From Reichenbachiella sp. (GTDB lineage Bacteria > Bacteroidota > Bacteroidia > Cytophagales > Cyclobacteriaceae): a stretch of 64,000 nt of DNA. Within the stretch, counting starts at the first letter, position 1. Each line of letters starts with the position of its first letter. The DNA is taken from contig NZ_JAWPMM010000001.1 in assembly GCF_033344935.1 (NCBI RefSeq), positions 4,706,115-4,770,114 of the forward strand. Reading direction: 5' to 3'. Below the pieces are notes generated by a model, which saw only the letters and a program-made list of their open reading frames with translations, did not search any database and was not told where the DNA came from. The position numbers and the translations under genes were made by a program. Positions 9,118 to 17,318 of this stretch are shown here, piece after piece.

Positions 9118-10374
9118 TTAATCTGTATTGAAATTTAATTTGAATTGATGCATATCTTGTTCATACGAGTATCTAATGGGTACACTATATGACTCACATA
9201 TTTTCTTAACAATAGCTAAACCCAATCCCAGTGAATCTGAATTTTCTTTTTGAAATCTTTCAAACATTTGAAAGTTTTGAGTTTTGATTTTTTCACCGGA
9301 ATTTAAAAACCTTACACTTCCATCAGAAGCAATCACTTCTATCTTTCCTCCTTCAGGTGTATGTTTAATAGCATTTCTCAACAAGTTGCTGATGAGTATT
9401 TGAGCTAGGTTAGAATTCATCTGTACTATGTTTGCCCCGCTTAAATCTACACGTATGGATATTTTTTTCAAACTCATCATTTCTTGATAATCTTTTAGAT
9501 TGTTATCAATGATTGAGTGAATATCTAAATCTTCTTCGGCTACATATTGATGATTTTCAATTTTAGCTAAAAGAAGCAATCCCTGATTCAATTTGGAGAG
9601 TTTGACTGTGGCATCATAAATTGCTTTGATAAAAGAGAATTGATGCTCATTCAGATTGTCTGACTGCATGAGCATTTCAGTTTTACTCTTGATAATGGCC
9701 AGGGGCGTTTGTATTTCATGCGAGGCATTTTCAGTAAATTCCTTCAGGTTTAGAAAATCCCTCCTTATCCTGTCTGTCATCCTGGATAAAATACTATTGA
9801 GTTGAAGAAACTCCACCGTACTTGTCTCCCTAAAATTTATTTTTTCCGATCTCCCTAAGTCATAATTTTGAAGCCTTAGAAGTGTATCCTTAAAAGGTCT
9901 CCAAAGATTTCTTGAAACTAGCAGGTTTAGACTAATGAGAGCAACCAGCAACCCTACGAACACATAAAACATATCAAGGAAAATTTCAGTTACCAGCAAT
10001 CTTGTCTCAATCAATGATTTCGATATCACAATATGATAATGCTGCTTGCCTATTCTCCTGTTGACCGTAAGTTGTAAGTAGGGCTGGTATTTGTCGTCAA
10101 TGATGTCATATATCAAGGTATCAACGAAAATGAGTTGATCTATTTTTGCAGTTTCAGGGATTAAAGAGACCTTTTGCTCGTAGTTGTTCAAGCTAGAAAG
10201 TGGCTCTCCATTTACGATTTGTGTAGTAGCAATTTCTTCTCGATTGATAAGGAAATTTTCAATATCTTCTCTGATGAGTTTTTCTGTATTAACGTAAATC
10301 AAAAGTCCTCCAATCCCAAAAAAAATCAGGGCAACGAGAAGATAATACATCGTGGCTTTTGCGAGTAATTTCAA
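9118..10374 (-). CDS. Sensor histidine kinase
   Basis: It has two TM segments, an H-box (ASHEIQTPLAII), an N-box (LLRNAIKHT) and a G-box (GLGLAIVKKI). A TTG start overlaps the regulator stop (TTGA). An alternative ATG is at 10350. Confidence 0.85.
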   Translation of the reverse strand: MKLLAKATMYYLLVALIFFGIGGLLIYVNTEKLIREDIENFLINREEIATTQIVNGEPLSSLNNYEQKVSLIPETAKIDQLIFVDTLIYDIIDDKYQPYLQLTVNRRIGKQHYHIVISKSLIETRLLVTEIFLDMFYVFVGLLVALISLNLLVSRNLWRPFKDTLLRLQNYDLGRSEKINFRETSTVEFLQLNSILSRMTDRIRRDFLNLKEFTENASHEIQTPLAIIKSKTEMLMQSDNLNEHQFSFIKAIYDATVKLSKLNQGLLLLAKIENHQYVAEEDLDIHSIIDNNLKDYQEMMSLKKISIRVDLSGANIVQMNSNLAQILISNLLRNAIKHTPEGGKIEVIASDGSVRFLNSGEKIKTQNFQMFERFQKENSDSLGLGLAIVKKICESYSVPIRYSYEQDMHQFKLNFNTD

Positions 10375-11048
10375 TCTGCCTCAAATTTATATCCCAATCC
10401 ATAAACAGATTTAAGATAATCATTGCCGCCAGCTTCCAGAAGCTTTTTTCTTAGGTTTTTGATATGTGTATAAATAAAGTCGAAAGAATCGAACATGTCC
10501 GAATCGTCCCCCCATAAATGCTCAGCAATTGATTCCTTAGTTAGCACTTTGCTCTTATTGATTACCAGATATAATATGAATTCATATTCTTTGCGGGTTA
10601 GTGTAAGCTTTTTACCATGGATACTCACGTTCATCTTGTCTGTATCAATCTCAATTTCCTTATAAGACACGATACTACTTCCATCAAAATTTCTTCTTCT
10701 TAATATTGATTTTATTCTCGCATTGAGTTCTGACAGGTGAAATGGCTTTGTCATATAGTCATCCGCACCCATATCCAAACCAGCCAGTTTATCGTCCAGC
10801 GCATCCCTGGCCGTCAGTATTAACACACCAGTATCTGGCTTTTCTTTCTTCAATAACTTGAGTACTTCCAAGCCATTACCATCTGGCAGGCCTAAATCTA
10901 AAACCAGCAAGTCATAGTCGTATACAAATACCTTTTCTCTGGCTTCTGCTAATGAACTGGCTTTTTCTATTAAATACCCTTCCCCCTTCAAAAACTCTTC
11001 GAGATCGTTGAGCAGCTCAATTTCATTTTCTACAATCAGTATTTTCAT
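10371..11048 (-). CDS. OmpR/PhoB-family response regulator
   Basis: It has a receiver domain (LVLDLGLPDG, TARD, KPF) followed by a winged-helix domain (LTRKEYEFILYL..., GLGYKF). Confidence 0.9.
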   Translation of the reverse strand: MKILIVENEIELLNDLEEFLKGEGYLIEKASSLAEAREKVFVYDYDLLVLDLGLPDGNGLEVLKLLKKEKPDTGVLILTARDALDDKLAGLDMGADDYMTKPFHLSELNARIKSILRRRNFDGSSIVSYKEIEIDTDKMNVSIHGKKLTLTRKEYEFILYLVINKSKVLTKESIAEHLWGDDSDMFDSFDFIYTHIKNLRKKLLEAGGNDYLKSVYGLGYKFEAD

Positions 11049-11140
11049 ACTACATTTATTATTTCCGCCAGTTAATTAATGAATTTAACAAAAATAGGTA
11101 TCCCAAGTAAGCTTACTTAGGACACCTATTTATCAAACAA

Positions 11141-12106
11141 TCAGTTTTTTTCAATTACAGTTCTATTGAGCAGGTTTCCTTTATGATTAATCACCTGCAC
11201 AAGCATCCTATCTTTGGTAACCGAAACCGCCATAAAACCATGCTCTGAAATGGCATATTTGGAAAAGTCTAACATGCCTGTGGGTCTTACCTCAGACCCC
11301 GCACCAGAAATAAAATGATGCAATTTGCCTTTAGGCTTGATGTATTGCATGTCATGTTCATGACCAGCAAAATACACATCCACATTATTGCGGGTAAGCA
11401 AAGGTTCGAGGTGAGACCGAACATCTGAAGTAGCCTCTATTCGTTTTCCTCCAGAGTACATGGGGTGATGCCCTGCTACAATCAACCAACTCGATTTTGA
11501 CTTTGCCTTTAGCACACTGTCAGCCCATTGTATCTGCCGTGTAGAATCCTGAGACCAAACCTGATCATACTTTTCTTCTTCATAATATTTATGCTCAAAA
11601 GGTGAAGTATCAATAAAGACAAGGCTCAATAGACCTTCATCATCCAGCTCATAGTCATAATTGAAATAGCGGCTCGGCATATTCCATCGCTGACTTTTCC
11701 AGGTATAATCTAGCTGAGCCTGTGGGTTGCCACGATAGTCGTGGTTTCCCAAGACTACATGCCAAGGAATATTCAAATGATACCCTTTATAAACATCTTC
11801 GAAAGAGTAGTTCCAATTAGGGTCATCAACACTCGCCACACCATTTGGATAAAAATTATCTCCTAGCGACATCACGAACTCGGCATCCAAAACTCTCGCT
11901 ACCTCTTCCATTCTGTCAGCTACATCCTGCTGATGATACTGCCCTTTTCTACCCCAGTCTCCTATAGCAAGAAAGTGAAAGGCATCTTCCCATATTTCCA
12001 GACTATCAGTTACAATAAACTCCGATTTTTCGGATGACTTCTGAGCCTGTATCGGACTTAACCAAACAATCAAGCAAAGCAAAAGTATGTTTTTTTTCAA
12101 TTTCAT
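11141..12106 (-). CDS. Purple acid phosphatase-type metallophosphoesterase (tartrate-resistant acid phosphatase type 5-like), secreted
   Basis: It has a signal peptide plus the metallophosphoesterase motif series GDWGR, GDNFY, GNHD, GHHP, GHEH. Confidence 0.8.
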   Translation of the reverse strand: MKLKKNILLLCLIVWLSPIQAQKSSEKSEFIVTDSLEIWEDAFHFLAIGDWGRKGQYHQQDVADRMEEVARVLDAEFVMSLGDNFYPNGVASVDDPNWNYSFEDVYKGYHLNIPWHVVLGNHDYRGNPQAQLDYTWKSQRWNMPSRYFNYDYELDDEGLLSLVFIDTSPFEHKYYEEEKYDQVWSQDSTRQIQWADSVLKAKSKSSWLIVAGHHPMYSGGKRIEATSDVRSHLEPLLTRNNVDVYFAGHEHDMQYIKPKGKLHHFISGAGSEVRPTGMLDFSKYAISEHGFMAVSVTKDRMLVQVINHKGNLLNRTVIEKN

Positions 12107-12118
12107 CTTCTACCCAAA

Positions 12119-14878
12119 TTAAAGGTTAAATTTCAATCCAGCTCTTCCCCAAAAACCATATTGTTCGCGCTGTTTTGGTGTAGCACTTGTATTATAATAC
12201 TCGATTTGATTTTCGTCTGTAATGTTGTTCAACTGAATAAAGCCTGTCAGTTTCTTATCCATGAAGCTTTGACTTAGTGAAAGATCAATTTGCCTTCGTC
12301 CGTCTATATAAACTAAATCCCCTCCATCAATCTCGCTAATGTAGCTACCATTGAAGTTGATTGAAGCTCTCGCATTAAAACCGCCTATTGCATAAGACAG
12401 AGCAAAGTTTCCAACATGCTTTGTTTGGCCTGGCAATTCAATCTCAGTAAAATCTTCTCCTTGGGCAAAATTTTCAACTTCGGCATTAGACTCAGTAAAA
12501 GTGTAATTGGCATATATTCCAATTCCTTTCAAGGCACCTGGTAGAAAAGTAAGGTTTTGCTGCCAAGCAACTTCAAAACCATAAAGGATAGCTAAATCAC
12601 CATTTATAGATTGGGTAATCTCAAAATCAGTATAATCCAAAATATCACCAAGTGTTGTTTGTTGATAAATAAAATCATTCATCCTTTTGGCAAAAACCCC
12701 GCCTGACAAAAGACCAACTGTTCCAAAATATTTTTCCCCGAAAATATCAAAATTCCAAGAACCAACAGGTTTTAATGCTGGATTAGAAATCGAAGCTTCT
12801 TCATCTTCCGCAGCAATTTCCGCACCTTGAACCAAATCCTCAAAATTAGGTCTGGCATAAGATCTAGTAACAGCCGCTCTTATATTAACATTACTATTTA
12901 ATGAATATTTAAAGTGTAGCATAGGAAGTAGAAATGAATAATCATTGTCTTCTATATGAGCTACGGCCTGCTCTTCATCTGCATCCCAAATTGAATTCTC
13001 ATAGCGAACTTTTGTAAGTTCATATCTCAACCCTCCCAGAATCATTAGTTTCTTGATATTTATTTTCCCTTGTGCGTACCCTGCATATACATCCTCAGAA
13101 GCCTTATAAGCTTCTAAAGCAGACTCCTCAGCCAAAATTTCGTCATCAACATCAAAGTCAGACAAATTCTCATCTTGATACGCGAAATAACTGCTATGAT
13201 CGGGGAAAAAACCTATCGTCTCTCCAAGGTCTCCAGCCATAAAATTGTTATCTGTGTAATTACTTTGGAAAGGAATGAGTGCTAGATCATCTGCATCGTC
13301 GTTTAATTCAAATTCACGAAATGAATCATAGCGATAAAACTTATCCTTGAATCTAGTCTTTCCTCCAAATTTAAATTCACCTATGTTTTCACCTAAAGAA
13401 AATGGCAGAGCAACATTAATTTTTGCTGTAATATTTTCGTCTTCCCCCAAAGTGGATGATTGCTCACTCTTGTCAAAGATATAGTTTTCACTCACACCAA
13501 AAGCTGAAGGACTGCCATCGTAAGTATAGTTTGTTAATTTCGGATTCAAAACATTGTCGAGATTAACACCCCAAGAGACATCTTCATCATTGGCAAATGT
13601 GATCTTATCATTGAATGGAGTCTTTTGAAATGCCTTAGAATACGAAACTTCATAATCCAACTTAAGTTTAGATGACACATGACTACCACCAAGGTTCAAA
13701 CTATATACTCCTTGATCTTCCTGTCTATGTTTCAATTCTTTCCCAGTTTCAAATTCTAAAGTTCCTTCATCCTCTTCTGCTCCATTGTATGTTTCACGTC
13801 TTTGCTCCAACTCTTTTAGCTCACTATACAATGATCTCAAATATATTTTACTACTTGAACTTAAGTCATAATCAAGTGTAGCACTTACACCAATTCTGTC
13901 TCTATCAATTTCATAATCACCAATAATAAATTCATCAAGCCCATCGGGATGATCCCCATCCCAACCATCAAGTTCATATCTATCAGACCCCTTACGGCTC
14001 GCTGAGTAACTTCCACTGACTATATAGCCAAACTTACCTTTCGCCAGACGTTGACTTAGACTTAAACTTCCTTGACCAGCAGTTTTTTCAATTCCGTTAT
14101 TGTATTCTAGTGATCCTGACCCAGAAATTTTCAATTCTTCAGAAGATGCTGTTGGTGTAACCAAATTAACAGACCCTCCTATGGCATCACCATCCATGTC
14201 AGGTGTAATTGCTTTCGTAACTTCCAATGAAGCCAGCTGAGCTGCTGGTATCGCATCCAAAGCTACAAATCGAGCACCGGCATCTGGAGATGGAATTTGC
14301 TCCCCATTTACACTAATATTAGTAAATTGAGGAGCCAGACCTCTTACCAATACAAACCGTCCATCTCCTTCATCTCTCTGAATATTAACACCCGGGACTC
14401 TTTGAAGCGATTCTGCTGCATTTTGATCTGGGAATTTTCCTATCTGATCAGCTGATACTATATTCTTTAAATTGTCAGCCGATTTTTGCTGATTCAAGGC
14501 CCTCATTTGACCTTCTAAGGTAGCAGTGATAGTAACTGCCTCCAATTCCGTCACATTTGCTCCAAGAGCTACAGTCAGTTGCTTTATCTCTCCAGATGCT
14601 ATTTCAAAAGTTTCCTTTTTTGTTTCATTTCCAATAAAAGAAATCTCAAGTTCAACTGTACCAGGCTCAACAAAAATGTCAAAATTGCCTCTTACATCAG
14701 TGGCTGCCCCCGAATAGGACCCTACTATTTTAACAGTTGCACCAGGTAGAGGATCTCCTGTATTGGCATCTGTGACCACTCCTGTCACCATACCTTTTTC
14801 CTGTGCTTGGACAGATGAAAAGCATAGTGACAATAAAATTGCAAGAGCAAATTTTATTACTTTGTAATCGTTCATCAT
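12119..14878 (-). CDS. TonB-dependent outer-membrane receptor with an N-terminal carboxypeptidase-regulatory-like domain
   Basis: The 919-aa ORF has a signal peptide, a CarbopepD_reg-like block (GVVTDANTGDPLPGATV), a plug domain (RVPGVNIQRDEGDGRFVLVRGL) and a C-terminal aromatic barrel end (GLKFNL). No SusD-like partner is adjacent. Confidence 0.9.
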   Translation of the reverse strand: MMNDYKVIKFALAILLSLCFSSVQAQEKGMVTGVVTDANTGDPLPGATVKIVGSYSGAATDVRGNFDIFVEPGTVELEISFIGNETKKETFEIASGEIKQLTVALGANVTELEAVTITATLEGQMRALNQQKSADNLKNIVSADQIGKFPDQNAAESLQRVPGVNIQRDEGDGRFVLVRGLAPQFTNISVNGEQIPSPDAGARFVALDAIPAAQLASLEVTKAITPDMDGDAIGGSVNLVTPTASSEELKISGSGSLEYNNGIEKTAGQGSLSLSQRLAKGKFGYIVSGSYSASRKGSDRYELDGWDGDHPDGLDEFIIGDYEIDRDRIGVSATLDYDLSSSSKIYLRSLYSELKELEQRRETYNGAEEDEGTLEFETGKELKHRQEDQGVYSLNLGGSHVSSKLKLDYEVSYSKAFQKTPFNDKITFANDEDVSWGVNLDNVLNPKLTNYTYDGSPSAFGVSENYIFDKSEQSSTLGEDENITAKINVALPFSLGENIGEFKFGGKTRFKDKFYRYDSFREFELNDDADDLALIPFQSNYTDNNFMAGDLGETIGFFPDHSSYFAYQDENLSDFDVDDEILAEESALEAYKASEDVYAGYAQGKINIKKLMILGGLRYELTKVRYENSIWDADEEQAVAHIEDNDYSFLLPMLHFKYSLNSNVNIRAAVTRSYARPNFEDLVQGAEIAAEDEEASISNPALKPVGSWNFDIFGEKYFGTVGLLSGGVFAKRMNDFIYQQTTLGDILDYTDFEITQSINGDLAILYGFEVAWQQNLTFLPGALKGIGIYANYTFTESNAEVENFAQGEDFTEIELPGQTKHVGNFALSYAIGGFNARASINFNGSYISEIDGGDLVYIDGRRQIDLSLSQSFMDKKLTGFIQLNNITDENQIEYYNTSATPKQREQYGFWGRAGLKFNL

Positions 14879-15122
14879 AAGTTTATAGTTTTGTTTCGAA
14901 CCAAGCTAGCTTATGAATCTGAAGCAATCCTGTAGTAACGAATTTGGAGACACTTAGAACTCTTTCTGATTTTTACAATTTTCAATAGAGCTAAAAGAGC
15001 AAGTTGTTCAGAAAATCATAATCACCACCACTATTTTTAATTTTAGAGAATAATATTATTCTAACAAAAAAGGAATAGACCAAATACTTAAATACTGAGA
15101 TATTTTTACTTTAATATGAAAA

Positions 15123-16133
15123 ATGACTACCCATAGCCATAATATAATTTACCATTTGATAGCACCAGGACTATTTCAAGGTACAAGGAGAGATTTCTGC
15201 TCCTTAAAACATGGATTTGTGAGAATCGATCTGATGTATTGTGGAATATGTGGAAGCGATGTTTCTCATTTTAATGGAAATCGTCCTATTGAATATCCCT
15301 TTTCATTAGGCCATGAATTTTGCGGTAAAATCATTGAAGTCAGTAAGACGAATTCAAAATTTCAAATAGGGCAATTTGTGACATCCGATTTAAACTTTAG
15401 ATGTAACGAATGTGAGTTTTGCAATAAGGGAAAATCCCATTTGTGTAATGAAAATAAAAAAGAACTCTTCTCAAATCGAGGGTTTGCTAAATATATGGAT
15501 ATTCATCAAGACTATCTTTTTCTAGTAGACAAGCCTATTGGCTATTTGGCAAGCTTATGCGAACCTCTCTCATGTTGCATTCATGCCATTGATATTTCAG
15601 AAATCCAGAAAAGGAATAAAGTTTTGATATTAGGAACTGGAAGTATAGGTTCTCTTTTAACCTTAGCATTCTGTGAAAAATTCTCAGAAACACCGGTTTG
15701 GTTATTTGACAAGGTTCTAACTAAATGTTTGGCACTTTCAAAGTGTTTCAAAAATGCATCTCAACTCGAGTATGTCGAACCAGAGTTTGATTTTGTATTT
15801 GATACAACAGGAACTTCTCATGGGCTGAAGTTAGCCTGCGATACGGTTAAAAAAGGAGGAAAGTTAATTGTTATGAGCCATCTTGATGAAAGTAATGATG
15901 ATATTATTCACTCGACGCTTGCTAGAAAGGAAGTTAGTGTTACATTTCCATATCTTAATGGAGAAAGAAAAAACATGGAAAAGGCCATTAGTATACTGAC
16001 GACAAAACTTCCAATCCACTTCAACTCCTTAATCGACATACATCCCCTACAGTCGCTTCAGGCTTGTTTTGAAAATATGACCAGAACAAAAACTAACAAA
16101 ATCATAATTGACATAAATAATTCAGTCAACTGA
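15123..16133 (+). CDS. Zinc-dependent alcohol/polyol dehydrogenase (MDR family)
   Basis: The motifs are GICGSDV, GHEFCG, a structural-Zn motif CNECEFCNKGKSHLC and a Rossmann block LGTGSIGS. The gene is AT-rich and flanked by long non-coding stretches. Confidence 0.75.
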   Translation: MTTHSHNIIYHLIAPGLFQGTRRDFCSLKHGFVRIDLMYCGICGSDVSHFNGNRPIEYPFSLGHEFCGKIIEVSKTNSKFQIGQFVTSDLNFRCNECEFCNKGKSHLCNENKKELFSNRGFAKYMDIHQDYLFLVDKPIGYLASLCEPLSCCIHAIDISEIQKRNKVLILGTGSIGSLLTLAFCEKFSETPVWLFDKVLTKCLALSKCFKNASQLEYVEPEFDFVFDTTGTSHGLKLACDTVKKGGKLIVMSHLDESNDDIIHSTLARKEVSVTFPYLNGERKNMEKAISILTTKLPIHFNSLIDIHPLQSLQACFENMTRTKTNKIIIDINNSVN

Positions 16134-16378
16134 CATTTTTGATGAAATTCATAATTATAAGTTTAAAGCTTCGGTCAAAAGGATATTGAACTACTTATTT
16201 AAGTAAACCTCGACCTTTCTAAAGAATTGACTAGGGGCGCGTACACAAACGGAAAATCTACAGTCATGAACCTTTTATAGAGATTCTTAGTGTTATAGGT
16301 CAGTACTCATTTCAGAGTTAGTTAATATTTAGATTATGTTTGTACTGTAAAACCTAATAAAAGAAGTACTCAAATACA

Positions 16379-16755
16379 ATGAAGCAAATCATTAACACCG
16401 AAAATACGCCTGCTTCTATTGGTTCATATAGCCAATCTACGCCAGCAGGGAATACCTTTTATATATCTGGACAGATTGCATGAGTGCTTGGCATGGACAA
16501 TTTGCTACTTGATTGCATTGAAAAAGAAACTAACCGGGTTACGAAGAAAATGGGACCATTTTAAAAGCAGCGGGAGCAGACTACTCCAACGTAGAGAAGT
16601 ACTCAATTTTTGTGAACGACATCAGAAACTTTAGTAAAATCAATGCGGTTTATTGCGAATCCTTCATCAGTAATCCTCCAGTAAGAGAAACCGTAGAAGT
16701 AAGCTGCCTGTCTAAAAATGTGAATGTGAAAATTTCCTGCATCGCCATTGTATAA
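16379..16755 (+). pseudogene. ridA: Decayed ridA paralogue (nonsense codon plus frameshift)
   Basis: ATG 16379 gives MKQIINTENTPASIGSYSQSTPAGNTFYISGQIA, then an in-frame TGA at 16481-16483. Homology continues (VLGMDNLLLDCIEKET...MGP). A 1-nt loss near 16556 shifts the frame, and the shifted frame reads ILKAAGADYSNVEKYSIFVNDIRNFSKINAVY...RETVEVSCLSKNVNVKISCIAIV* (stop 16753-16755). This parallels the intact copy downstream. Confidence 0.8.
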
Positions 16756-16802
16756 ACTGCTTCCAAATATTGTTAAATTTGCTGCATAACATGCAGTTTA
16801 AG

Positions 16803-16874
16803 TGTTCAAACTTTTTTGGTCAGACGGATCAAATAATGTTCAAACTTTTTTGGCAAAGTGTTCAAACTTTTTTG
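16803..16874 (+). repeat. Three direct copies of TGTTCAAACTTTTTTG in the ridA leader
   Basis: There are identical 16-mers at 16803-16818, 16837-16852 and 16859-16874. The last one ends 2 nt before the ridA ATG at 16877. Confidence 0.9.
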
Positions 16875-16876
16875 TT

Positions 16877-17245
16877 ATGATCCACACCCCAAACGCTCCA
16901 GCCCCGATTGGTCCATACAGCCAATCTACTTTGGCCGGGAACACCTTGTACGTCTCTGGACAAATTGCTTTGGTTCCCGGAACTGATAATTTATTACTAG
17001 ATAGTATCGAAGAAGAAACTCATCAAGTGATGAAAAATATGGGAGCCATATTGAAAGAGGCTGGTGCAGATTATACCCATGTCGTCAAATGCTCGATTTT
17101 CGTGAGCGACATGGGCAACTTTGGAAAAATCAACGCTGTCTACGGAGAATATTTTACCAGCAATCCTCCAGCACGAGAGACCGTAGAAGTAAGCTGTTTG
17201 CCTAAAAACGTGAATGTGGAAATTTCCTGCATCGCCGTACTATAA
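16877..17245 (+). CDS. ridA: RidA/YjgF-family reactive enamine/imine deaminase
   Basis: MIHTPNAPAPIGPYSQSTLAGNTLYVSGQIAL...ARETVEVSCLPKNVNVEISCIAVL is typical of RidA in both length and motifs. The track ORF begins at GTG 16802, but that extension is just the repeat region. Confidence 0.85.
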   Translation: MIHTPNAPAPIGPYSQSTLAGNTLYVSGQIALVPGTDNLLLDSIEEETHQVMKNMGAILKEAGADYTHVVKCSIFVSDMGNFGKINAVYGEYFTSNPPARETVEVSCLPKNVNVEISCIAVL

Positions 17246-17275
17246 TCTAGTCCTAAATATTGATAAATTTGCCGT

Positions 17276-17302
17276 GCCGGATATTCTCCGGCATATTTTT
17301 TT
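17276..17302 (+). terminator. Rho-independent terminator after ridA
   Basis: The stem is GCCGGA (17276-17281) / TCCGGC (17287-17292) with loop TATTC, followed by ATATTTTTTT. Confidence 0.55.
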
Positions 17303-17318
17303 AGTAAACATTTGATCG

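Noticed and set aside
16419-16634. A 71-aa track ORF in the ridA pseudogene region.
   Set aside because: It is an out-of-frame read-through of the decayed ridA copy. Homology to RidA runs in the other two frames.
16802-16876. A GTG-extended N-terminus of ridA (track ORF 16802..17245).
   Set aside because: The extra 25 codons are just the three TGTTCAAACTTTTTTG repeats. RidA proteins start at the MIHTPNAP-type position, so ATG 16877 is used.
17264-17271. A TAAATTTG box (Bacteroidota -7 consensus TAnnTTTG) upstream of gltX. Similar boxes occur at 16774-16781, 3976-3983 and 40620-40627.
   Set aside because: I could not find properly spaced -33 TTG elements. Such octamers are frequent by chance in AT-rich DNA, and the 17264 box sits just in front of a terminator hairpin. 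They are not reported as promoter features without TSS data.
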